This document shows positions 25,430-33,441 of a DNA stretch of 64,000 nucleotides, one piece after another. Each line of letters opens with the position of its first letter. The first letter of the stretch is position 1. Position numbers and translations under genes: made by a program. A model generated the notes under the pieces. The model had not been told where the DNA came from and did not search any database. It saw only the letters and a program-made list of their open reading frames with translations. Source of the DNA: Lachnospiraceae bacterium (GTDB taxonomy: Bacteria; Bacillota; Clostridia; Lachnospirales; Lachnospiraceae); assembly GCA_021770245.1 (NCBI GenBank), contig JAETRI010000008.1:4927-68926 (forward strand), in the 5' to 3' direction.

Positions 25430-26026
25430 ATGCGAAACGAAAAAGTACAGAAACTGGTTTTAACGGGCGTATTTGCCGCCCTGTCCTATGTGGTATTCAC
25501 CTTCCTGCAGATTAAAATCACCCTGCCCGGCGGCGACGCCACGTCCATCCACCTGGGCAACGCGGTATGTGTCCTGGGAGCGCTGATTCTGGGCGGTCTT
25601 TACGGCGGAGTCGGCGGAGCCATCGGCATGACCATCGGCGATCTTTTCGATCCGGTCTATGTGCTCTACGCCCCAAAAACCTTTGTGTTAAAGCTGTGCA
25701 TCGGGCTGATTACCGGGCTGATCGCCCATAAATTCGGACGGATCACCCATACGCAGGACCGAAAGAGGATATTCCTCTGGACGCTGCTGGCGGCCGTGGG
25801 CGGCCTGCTTTTCAACGTCATCTTCGATCCGCTGGTAGGATACTACTATAAACTGCTTCTTCTGGGAAAACCGGCCGCGGAACTCACGCTGGCATGGAAC
25901 GTGGCTTCCACCTCCATTAATGCCGTCACCTCCACCATCGTATCCGTTGCCGTGTATCTGGCTCTGCGTCCAGCCCTGCAGAAAGCCGGTCTGTTCTTCC
26001 GGATCGGAAAGGAAAGCGACCGCTGA
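25430..26026 (+). CDS. ECF transporter S component (substrate unknown)
   Basis: About 198 aa and 6 TM; LVLTGVFAALSYVVFTFLQIKITLPGGDATSIHLGNAVCVLGALILG resembles ECF S units. ATG 25430 lies behind gggagagag. Confidence 0.55.
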   Translation: MRNEKVQKLVLTGVFAALSYVVFTFLQIKITLPGGDATSIHLGNAVCVLGALILGGLYGGVGGAIGMTIGDLFDPVYVLYAPKTFVLKLCIGLITGLIAHKFGRITHTQDRKRIFLWTLLAAVGGLLFNVIFDPLVGYYYKLLLLGKPAAELTLAWNVASTSINAVTSTIVSVAVYLALRPALQKAGLFFRIGKESDR

Positions 26027-26136
26027 GAATGCGGCATGGCCGCGGCCCTAAAACGGCCGCATCGGAGGGAGTACCTTAAATATTTCTTTTTTCGTAAGGT
26101 TTTCGGAAGAAAAAAGCAGGGTTTCGGTAACAAACG

Positions 26137-26195
26137 GCCCGTCCGCCTTTGGTATGATAGAAAAAATACCAAAGACGGACGGGCATTTTTCTTTT
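26137..26195 (+). terminator. rho-independent terminator
   Basis: gcccgtccgcctttggtat-gatagaaaaa-ataccaaagacggacgggc followed by atttttctttt. Confidence 0.7.
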
Positions 26196-26317
26196 CGAAA
26201 AATTCTTAGAGATGCCCGCGTTATCATGATCCATACCGAGCAAGCCGGAAATCTCTCGTTTTACGGGCCGCATTTCCGAAAAAAAGGCCGCCCGGGGGCG
26301 GCAGAATAGGAGAAAAC

Positions 26318-27436
26318 ATGGACAAAAAACCCGACCGCTCTCTCACTGATCATTTACAACCCTCTCACATCCCTTCCGCCAGGAAGAGGATCGCCCTGCT
26401 CTTCGGCGGCTGTACCCCGGAGTACGAGGTTTCCCTCCAGTCCGCCCATGCGGTGGCAGGCAGTCTGGACCGGGAACGATATGAACCTCTCCTGGTGGGC
26501 ATCACCCGGCAGGGAGACTGGTTCCTCTATAACGGAGCGGAGGAAAAAATCGCGGACGATGCCTGGCAGGAGGAGGGGAACTGTGTTCCCATATCCCTGT
26601 CCTTGAACCGCTCCGACCACGCCCTCCTTCTGCTTCGGGACGGGCACGTCGAGAAGCTTCCGGTCGATGCCGCCTTTCCCGTTCTGCACGGCCGAAACGG
26701 GGAAGACGGCACCGTGCAGGGTGCGCTGGAATTGGCAGGCATCCCCGTAGTCGGCTGCGGTGTTCTTTCCTCCGCCCTGTGTATGGACAAGGACAGGGCG
26801 CACAGGCTCGTCCAAGCCGAGGGAATCCCGCATCCCCGCTCCCGGCTGATCTGCCGGCATACGGCAAAAGAACAGATCCGCAGACTGGCCGCAGAAATCG
26901 ACTGGCCCCTGTTCGTAAAGCCCGTAAAATCCGGCTCTTCTTTCGGGATCACCAAGGTGTCCGATCCGCAGGCGCTTTCCTCCGCCGTAGAACTGGCCTT
27001 TTCCTATGACGACACCCTCCTTCTGGAGGAAGCCATCTCCGGTTTTGAGGTGGGATGTGCCGTTCTGGGAAACGACTGCCTGACCATAGGAGCGGTGGAT
27101 GAAATCGAGCTCTCGGAGGGGTTCTTTGATTTCACGGAAAAATACACCCTGAAAACCTCCGCCATCCATGTTCCGGCCAGAATCGACGATCAGACCTCCG
27201 AACGGATACGCCGGACCGGAAAACGCATTTACCGGGCGCTCTCCTGCCAGGGGTTTGCCCGGGTGGACATGTTCCTGGCCGATTCCGGCGAAATCTATTT
27301 TAACGAAGTCAATACCATTCCGGGTTTTACGGCCCACAGCCGTTTCCCGGGCATGCTGGCCGCGGCCGGACTCTCCCTTACGCAGATCGTCACCGCTGCC
27401 ATTGAATTATCCCTGGAAAAACGCAGCGATTCCTGA
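26318..27436 (+). CDS. ddl: D-alanine--D-alanine ligase family enzyme, VanC/E/G-like (probable D-Ala--D-Ser ligase)
   Basis: RIALLFGGCTPEYEVSLQSA, LHGRNGEDGTVQGALELAGIPVVGCG, EVNTIPGFTAHSRFPGMLAAAG. The omega-loop region EGFFDFTEKYTLKTSAIHVPA resembles, from memory, VanC-type DTFYDYEEKYQL.... It is followed directly by a VanT-like gene. Confidence 0.8.
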   Translation: MDKKPDRSLTDHLQPSHIPSARKRIALLFGGCTPEYEVSLQSAHAVAGSLDRERYEPLLVGITRQGDWFLYNGAEEKIADDAWQEEGNCVPISLSLNRSDHALLLLRDGHVEKLPVDAAFPVLHGRNGEDGTVQGALELAGIPVVGCGVLSSALCMDKDRAHRLVQAEGIPHPRSRLICRHTAKEQIRRLAAEIDWPLFVKPVKSGSSFGITKVSDPQALSSAVELAFSYDDTLLLEEAISGFEVGCAVLGNDCLTIGAVDEIELSEGFFDFTEKYTLKTSAIHVPARIDDQTSERIRRTGKRIYRALSCQGFARVDMFLADSGEIYFNEVNTIPGFTAHSRFPGMLAAAGLSLTQIVTAAIELSLEKRSDS

Positions 27437-27532
27437 TCCGAACCGGGATGAGCGCCGCGGTGGGAAGGAAAAGCCTGGGCCGACGGCTCTTCTGTTCCTT
27501 CCCGCACACAGACAGAAAGAGGGAAACCAACC

Positions 27533-29986
27533 ATGCAGACCACTCCTATCAATCATCCACAGACCGGCGGGATCGATCTCTTTCGGATTCCTGCCGCCCT
27601 CCTGGTCGTCTCCATCCACACCTCTCCCCTCGGCTCCTTTGGCGGCGAAGCTGATTTTATCCTCACCAGAATTTTAGCCCGGACCGCGGTCCCCTTCTTT
27701 TTCATGGCCACCGGCTATTTTCTTCTGCCTCCCTGCTTTTCCGGGTCCGAACGTTTGGGACAGACAGAGGCCCTGGGAAAATCTTTCCGGAAAATACTGG
27801 GGCTGTATCTGGCCGCCACCCTGATCTATCTGCCCGTCGGTATCTATGCGGGCCATCTGCATAACAGGACGTTTCCTTCCCTGCTGCGCCTATTTCTGTT
27901 TGAAGGTACGTTCTATCATTTGTGGTACCTTCCGGCCTGTATACTCGGAATCCTCCTTCTGCTTCCGGCAGGCAGGCTGCTGCCCTTCGGCGCGCTGTTC
28001 GCCGTCACCGCCCTCCTGTACCTTCTGGGCCTGCCCGGCGACAGCTATTATGGTTTCCTGCCGGAAGGCAGCACGACAAAGAAGGTCTATGACTTACTGC
28101 TGGATATTTTTTCCCAGACAAGGGGCGGCCTGTTCTATGCTCCCCTTTTTCTCGCACAGGGAGCGGGAATTCGGCTGCTCACAGAGCGTCGGGCAGACCA
28201 GGGCGTACCGCTCCCCAAGCGCTCGGCAGCACGGCATATACCGCTCCCAAAACGCTCGACGGCACCGCATATACCGCTCGCAGAAAGCTCGGCGACACGG
28301 CGCACACTGCTCTCGGCAGCACGGTCCGCACTGCTTCCGGAACGTCAGGCGGTAAGGCGCATACTGCTATGTGCCGGTCTCCTCTGCAGCCTGGCCGGAA
28401 TGACGGCCGAAGGTCTGCTCCTCCACCGCCTGGATGTCCAGAAGCATGACAGTATGTACCTGGCCCTGCCCCTTGTCATGTTTTTCCTTTTTTCCCTTCT
28501 TCTGACCGTCCGCCGTCCCCCGGACAGACACCTGAGGAAGCTTTCCACCTGGATTTATCTGCTCCATCCCCTGGCGATCATCCTGGTACGCGGTGCGGCC
28601 AAGGCGCTACATCTGGAACAACTTTTCATTACAAACAGCCTGCTTCACTTTCTTTCCGTCTGCCTGCTGTCCTGGGCGCTGTCCGCCGTCGGCTGCCGTC
28701 TGGCCGACGCCCTGGGCGCCGCCTGCCGCCGGCTGCCGTCCGGCAAACGTCCCGGGTACTGTCTGCCGCTGTCCGGCGCCCTGAACGCTGTCTGCCGCCG
28801 TCTGGCCAACTCCCCGGGTACCGTCTGCCGCCGTCCGTCCTGCGTCTGTCCAAAAAGCGGCCGCACGAAACAACCGCCCCGGGCCTGGATCGAGCTGAGC
28901 GGCGACAGTCTGCGCCATAACGTGAGAGCTCTCCAAAGTCTGCTGTCTCCGGGATGCGCCCTGATGTGCGTCCTAAAGGCCAACGCCTACGGACATGGGG
29001 CGCTCCCTCTTGCCCATGCGCTGAACAGGATGGGCATCGACAATTTCTGCGTAGCCACCCTTTCCGAAGGAATAGAACTGCGCAGGGGAGGCATACGGGG
29101 CGAAATCCTGATCCTGGGCTACACCCACCCGGACCGTTTTTCCGACCTGGCAAAATACCGTCTCACACAGACGGTTCTGGACGGGGCCTATGCCGAACAG
29201 CTAAGCGCCTGCAAAAGGAAGCTGAACGTCCATCTGAAAATCGATACCGGCATGCATCGCTTGGGGGAACGTCCCGAAAGGGAGGATGAGCTATATCGGG
29301 TTTTTCAATACAAAAATCTCAGGGTGACCGGAACCTATACCCATCTGTGCTGCGCCGATTCCGATGAACCTGCGGATATCTCTTTCTGCACCGGGCAGAA
29401 AAATGCTTTCCGCAAAACCGTCCGCGCGTTGGAAGGGCGGGGCTGTGACTGCGGAAAGCTGCATCTTCTGGCCAGCCATGGCCTGATCCGCTATCCCGAA
29501 TGGGGCGGAGATCTCGTTCGGACAGGCATCGCTCTCTACGGCGTATTGAGCCGCCGGGAAGACCTGAAAAACTGTCCTGTCCGCCTCCGTCCGGTACTGT
29601 CCCTCAAGGCCCGGGTGGCCCGGGTTCAGACGATCCGCGCGGGCGAAGGGGTGGGATACGGGCTGGAATACGTGGCCGGACGGGACGGAAAGATCGCGGT
29701 CCTGGCCATCGGCTACGCCGACGGAATCCCCCGTTCCCTTTCCTGCGGCCGCGGAAGGGTTCTCATCGGCAGGCGGGAGGCGCCCATCGTGGGACGGATC
29801 TGCATGGATCAGATGTTCGTCGATATTACCGGGATACCGGACGTAAAAGCCGGGGATATCGCCGTTCTCATCGGGAAATCCGGGAACCGGGAAATCACCG
29901 CCTATGACCTGGCGGAAGGGACGGGCACCATCACGAACGAACTGCTGAGCCGTCTGGGCGGCCGGCTGGAGCGCGTTCTGCGCTGA
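27533..29986 (+). CDS. vanT: VanT-like membrane-bound serine/alanine racemase (acyltransferase_3 membrane domain + PLP racemase domain)
   Basis: N-terminus IDLFRIPAALLVVSIHTSPL...AVPFFFMATGYFL (acyltransferase-3, ~10 TM). C-terminus is an alanine-racemase fold with the PLP lysine motif VLKANAYGHG, plus YGLEYVA and ICMDQMFVD. 817 aa. Confidence 0.8.
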   Translation: MQTTPINHPQTGGIDLFRIPAALLVVSIHTSPLGSFGGEADFILTRILARTAVPFFFMATGYFLLPPCFSGSERLGQTEALGKSFRKILGLYLAATLIYLPVGIYAGHLHNRTFPSLLRLFLFEGTFYHLWYLPACILGILLLLPAGRLLPFGALFAVTALLYLLGLPGDSYYGFLPEGSTTKKVYDLLLDIFSQTRGGLFYAPLFLAQGAGIRLLTERRADQGVPLPKRSAARHIPLPKRSTAPHIPLAESSATRRTLLSAARSALLPERQAVRRILLCAGLLCSLAGMTAEGLLLHRLDVQKHDSMYLALPLVMFFLFSLLLTVRRPPDRHLRKLSTWIYLLHPLAIILVRGAAKALHLEQLFITNSLLHFLSVCLLSWALSAVGCRLADALGAACRRLPSGKRPGYCLPLSGALNAVCRRLANSPGTVCRRPSCVCPKSGRTKQPPRAWIELSGDSLRHNVRALQSLLSPGCALMCVLKANAYGHGALPLAHALNRMGIDNFCVATLSEGIELRRGGIRGEILILGYTHPDRFSDLAKYRLTQTVLDGAYAEQLSACKRKLNVHLKIDTGMHRLGERPEREDELYRVFQYKNLRVTGTYTHLCCADSDEPADISFCTGQKNAFRKTVRALEGRGCDCGKLHLLASHGLIRYPEWGGDLVRTGIALYGVLSRREDLKNCPVRLRPVLSLKARVARVQTIRAGEGVGYGLEYVAGRDGKIAVLAIGYADGIPRSLSCGRGRVLIGRREAPIVGRICMDQMFVDITGIPDVKAGDIAVLIGKSGNREITAYDLAEGTGTITNELLSRLGGRLERVLR
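28207..28345 (+). repeat. degenerate ~33-bp (11-codon) tandem repeats inside vanT
   Basis: ccgctccccaagcgctcggcagcacggcatata / ccgctcccaaaacgctcgacggcaccgcatata / ccgctcgcagaaagctcggcgacacggcgcaca... encode PLPKRSAARHI-PLPKRSTAPHI-PLAESSATRRT. Confidence 0.7.
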
Positions 29987-30314
29987 TACGGACCGTCAGG
30001 TCATAGCTTTCAGCGATCATCCTCTTGACTTCCTCCTCCGGTATGCTCCCGTCCAGGATCAGGGAATTCCAATGGGTCTTATTCATATGATATGCCGGGA
30101 TCACCCCCGCAAATGCCTCCCTCCAAAAGTCCCTCCACTGCGGGTCACATTTCACATTGACCCAGACCTTTCCGTCCTTATTAAAAATACAGGCGAACAC
30201 CCTCCGGTTCTTCCGGTGGCGCATCACGCACCAGTTCGGGTCATGAAAGGGATAATCCTCATAGACATCCGGATAGGTGAGGCAATGGGCGATTACCTGC
30301 TGCCGTTTTGTCAT
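29931..30314 (-). CDS. MmcQ/YjbR family DNA-binding protein
   Basis: MTKRQQVIAHCLTYPDVYEDYPFHDPNWCVMRHRKNRRVFACIF...NKTHWNSLILDGSIPEEEVKRMIAESYDL. Trimmed to ATG 30314. The 3' end overlaps the convergent vanT by 56 nt. Confidence 0.75.
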   Translation of the reverse strand: MTKRQQVIAHCLTYPDVYEDYPFHDPNWCVMRHRKNRRVFACIFNKDGKVWVNVKCDPQWRDFWREAFAGVIPAYHMNKTHWNSLILDGSIPEEEVKRMIAESYDLTVRISAERAPAGRPDGSAVRS

Positions 30315-30817
30315 AACCGTTTCCCCTCCGTGTCCGCCTGCGCGTCTTCTCTCCACCCCTTGCACACGTCCACCCACTGCGACGAGCCGGAATAGGCCTC
30401 CAGTTCTTCCATGGTCACTTCAATGGCGCTGTTGCTGCTTCCGCAGGCGGGAAATACGGTGGCAAAGCGTCTCAGGGATTCGTCCAGGTATATTTCCACT
30501 CCCGGATTGACCGCGAAGGGACAGACGCCTCCCGTGGCATGCCCGATCCGTCCCTCCACCTCCTCCGGCGGAATCATCTTCGCCTTTGTGCCGAACCTGG
30601 CCTTATAAGCCGCATTATCGATCCTGGCGTCTCCTGCCGCCACGATGAGCACATCCTTATCCTTCTGCGCGAAAGAAAGGGTTTTCGCAATGCGCGCCCC
30701 TTCACATCCCAGCGCCTGCGCTGCCAGCTCCACCGTGGCGCTGGAAACATCGAATTCCAGAATCCTCCCCTGCGCATTCCATTGTTTCATGTATTCCTTC
30801 ACTTTATCGATTGCCAT
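30311..30817 (-). CDS. YbaK/EbsC-type aminoacyl-tRNA editing (trans-deacylase) domain protein
   Basis: AKTLSFAQKDKDVLIVAAGDARIDNAAYKARFGTKAKMIPPEEVEGRIGHATGGVCPFA...VFPACGSSNSAIE. Trimmed to ATG 30817. Confidence 0.8.
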   Translation of the reverse strand: MAIDKVKEYMKQWNAQGRILEFDVSSATVELAAQALGCEGARIAKTLSFAQKDKDVLIVAAGDARIDNAAYKARFGTKAKMIPPEEVEGRIGHATGGVCPFAVNPGVEIYLDESLRRFATVFPACGSSNSAIEVTMEELEAYSGSSQWVDVCKGWREDAQADTEGKRL

Positions 30818-30825
30818 TTTCCCTC

Positions 30826-31443
30826 TCATTCCGCCGCCGCAGGCGGCTTTCCATTCATCAACAGGATTTTGTGCGGCAGCACCAATTTTTTGTGCGTGAG
30901 GTTATCGTGACGGAAAACGCCCTGTTCCCTTCGGATCTCTTCGGTCAGCCCCACCGTATACATCCGGATCTCCCCCATGAAAACATTGCTGTCCAGACAC
31001 CCTTTGGAGATCTCATCAAGCTTCAGCTCCCATTCGGCCGTCTGCTCCGGTTTCTTCAGTTCCTCCGGAACCAGCTGCAGCAGCTGCCTTGCTTTGGAGG
31101 TGAGAAAAATCTCGCTGCCTTTCTTTACCAACAAAAAGCCGTTGAACAGCTTTTCTATAATATCCGCTCGGGCCGCCACCGTGCCAAGTCCGCTCGTTTC
31201 CCCCAGGATCTTTGCCATCCGGGAATCCTGGGTTTCCATATATCGGACAGGATTCTCTATGGCGGAAAACAGAGCGGCCTCCGTGAACCTGGCCGTTAAC
31301 TGTACATACTGTTCGGCGGGAATGATCGCATGGTGATCGAATACCCTGGCGTCGTTCACAAAAGGGAGCTTTCCAAATTTTGCGTCTGCTTTGCGAACTG
31401 TTAGCTGAAGCCCTGGATTTATGCTGGTTTGAACAATATCCAC
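30826..31443 (-). pseudogene. C-terminal-core remnant of a DNA topoisomerase III (TopB) gene
   Basis: VFDHHAIIPAEQ, TEAALFSAIENP, GLGTVAARADIIEKLF and TAEWELKLDEISKG are TopB domain-III/IV landmarks. The Toprim and catalytic-Tyr regions (several hundred aa) are missing. Homology stops where AT-rich DNA begins (~31440). Confidence 0.7.
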
Positions 31444-31623
31444 ATTTTAGTTTACCAGACTCTTGTTTGGAAAAGTTTTCTACCTCTAATTTTGGTATCA
31501 AAATTAAGGAATTTGAATATTGAAAGTTGGAAAAATGGTTTGGGAAATTGATAAAACTGCTGTTTTTACTATATACAGAAGAAACAAGCAAAGTTTTCAC
31601 CGCCCTATCCCCACTATCCGACA

Positions 31624-31773
31624 TCATTTTCCCTGTTTCTTTCTGTTCAAATTAAATTCTTCTTCCGCTAATTCAATACGGTGCTGAATCTCTTTCTCGG
31701 TAGGCAGCTGCTTCTTAATCTCTTCCAATTTAATATTATCATAAGAGGCAACTCCCATAGGTGTTTGAATTCC
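31624..31773 (-). other. in-frame continuation of the DUF1016 gene beyond its TAG stop (49 codons)
   Basis: After TAG (complement of 31774-31776) the same frame reads GIQTPMGVASYDNIKLEEIKKQLPTEKEIQHRIELAEEEFNLNRKKQGK* . From memory this resembles the usual YhcG C-terminus (..KPIGVS.Y....LP...LPS.EE.E). Confidence 0.5.
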
Positions 31774-32886
31774 CTAAAATGCCCATTGCACTTCCGTCTG
31801 GTCTTTATCTTTGCAAATCAGCAATCCAATTGTAGGATTCTCATCCGGAGTTCGAATGAGGTCATTCACTGCATTAACATAAAAATTCAATTTTCCTGCA
31901 AATTCCGGCTCAAAGGAAACCGTCTTCAGCTCAACTACTACATAACATTTAAGACGGATATGGTAGAACAACATATCAATCTTTCGTGTTTTCCCTGAAA
32001 TCACAATTTCCTTCTGCCTTCCGATAAAAGCAAATCCCGTTCCAAGTTCCAGCAAAAACCTGGTAATATTCTGTTCCAGAGCCGTTTCCAATGCTGCCTC
32101 ATCATATCCTCTTGGCAAAGAGATAAAACTGAAATCATAGGTATCTTTTACAATCTCCTGTGCTATCTTTCCCTGTATCCCGGGGAGCTTTTCCGCAAAA
32201 TTTGTATTTGCCATTCCCGTGTTATGGTATAAATCAGCTTTTATACAATCAATTAAGGCATTTCGGCTCCAGCCTTCTTCAATTGTGCTCTGAAGATAAA
32301 ACAATGCCTCTTCCACGGAATTACATTTTGAAACAATTTCTACATGATGGCGCCAGGGCACAAAACCGAAAAAAGAGGGAAATGACATTTCTGCACCCAC
32401 TTGGTGCAGTTTTTCTTCCTCGTTATTTTCTTGAATTTCTGCACCAATCTGCTGCAGTTTTATACTATCAAGTTTTAATTTATCATCCACTGCATGAATT
32501 AAATCACCTGAAGTTCTAGCCAATGCATAAAAAGAATACCATTTTTTCATATTCCAAAGATTTCTGGCTGAAAATCCTCTCACCTCTGGGAATTCATGCT
32601 GTAAATCAAGGCTTAACTGCTCAACAATACCTTTTCCCCATTTTTCCTCCGTTTTTCGCAAAACAAGATCCCGTCCCAGTTGCCAATTGAATAACAACTG
32701 TTCTGAGTTTACCTTCACAGCTGCTTTTATCTGTGCACTTCTAAAACGTTCCTTTATATCATGAATCCACTGTACATAATCAGAATCTAAATGCACATCA
32801 TGAGAACTTACAACAATCGGAGAATCTCCCTTTTTGTTCTGCAATAATTTCTCCCCCTTTAATAATATTCTTTTCTTGCATATCAA
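31774..32886 (-). CDS. PDDEXK nuclease domain protein, DUF1016 / YhcG family (ends at a probably premature TAG)
   Basis: Four-helix N-domain (YVQWIHDIKERFRSAQIKAAVKVNSEQLLFNWQLGRDL...FSARNLWNMKKWY) and a PD-(D/E)xK core (GFAFIGRQKEI...IDMLFYHIRLKCYVVVELK). TTG start uncertain. AT-rich. Confidence 0.75.
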   Translation of the reverse strand: MICKKRILLKGEKLLQNKKGDSPIVVSSHDVHLDSDYVQWIHDIKERFRSAQIKAAVKVNSEQLLFNWQLGRDLVLRKTEEKWGKGIVEQLSLDLQHEFPEVRGFSARNLWNMKKWYSFYALARTSGDLIHAVDDKLKLDSIKLQQIGAEIQENNEEEKLHQVGAEMSFPSFFGFVPWRHHVEIVSKCNSVEEALFYLQSTIEEGWSRNALIDCIKADLYHNTGMANTNFAEKLPGIQGKIAQEIVKDTYDFSFISLPRGYDEAALETALEQNITRFLLELGTGFAFIGRQKEIVISGKTRKIDMLFYHIRLKCYVVVELKTVSFEPEFAGKLNFYVNAVNDLIRTPDENPTIGLLICKDKDQTEVQWAF

Positions 32887-32927
32887 AAATACATGACATT
32901 ATCTAATAGTATAAAGCAAAGTGGAAT

Positions 32928-33255
32928 TTATCTGTTCGAATCCACACAATTAAACCACCCTATTACAAAAGCAGCCTTTCCTTTTTTCCCATTTTCTATT
33001 TCATCCATTAACCAATCAAAATCCTGCTGCACCGCACTCCAATTCTTACTTGCTGCCCGTGTATTAGCAGAACTAATATATTTTACTTCTATTCAAAAAT
33101 CCAGCTGTTCCGGAGAAAGACCATGATTTATTTTCTGCAGCTTTTTCACCCTTTTCCCATCTCCGGCTGAATATGCCTCAATTATCTTACCATATGGCGG
33201 ACATTTTTTCCACTTCAGATTATCGGGGTTAGCAGGCACGGAAACGCTTCGAAGG
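32928..33255 (-). pseudogene. two short frame-shifted coding remnants in the AT-rich island (unknown family)
   Basis: Minus-strand reads VPANPDNLKWKKCPPYGKIIEAYSAGDGKRVKKLQKINHGLSPEQLDF* then, in another frame, EVKYISSANTRAASKNWSAVQQDFDWLMDEIENGKKGKAAFVIGWFNCVDSNR*. No start codon or RBS. Confidence 0.3.
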
Positions 33256-33308
33256 CTGTCACGGCCCTATGCCCTCCTGCATTTGCCCCGATAAGGAAAT
33301 CGATCCCC

Positions 33309-33337
33309 TTGCCCGTCCTCCCAATCCGGAGTATAAT
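33309..33337 (+). promoter_or_regulatory. candidate aroC promoter
   Basis: TTGCCC-17 nt-TATAAT, about 105 nt upstream of the ATG. Confidence 0.45.
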
Positions 33338-33441
33338 ACCAGGTAGGTACCTAATAAATGGCTGCACTGCCATTTATCCCGTAAATATATGCCCGCCTCA
33401 TCAGGCAGCGCGATCATTATAAAAAATAGGAGGAAGCAGAT

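Noticed and set aside
31016-31627. 203-aa minus-strand ORF spanning the island/topB junction.
   Set aside because: Its distal two thirds is an alternative frame of the topoisomerase remnant. The AT-rich N-terminal part (MMSDSGDRAVKTLLVSSVYSKNSS...) has no recognisable features, so I treat it as junction noise.
32925-32975. tRNA-like 3' end (gttcgaatccacacaattaaaccacc: T-loop-like TTCGAAT, then 12 nt, then ACCA) at the right side of the AT-rich island; possible att site of an integrative element.
   Set aside because: There is no complementary T-stem 5' strand or acceptor partner, no intact tRNA nearby, no matching direct repeat at the other island border, and the AT-rich 'acceptor' is implausible. 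Likely coincidence.
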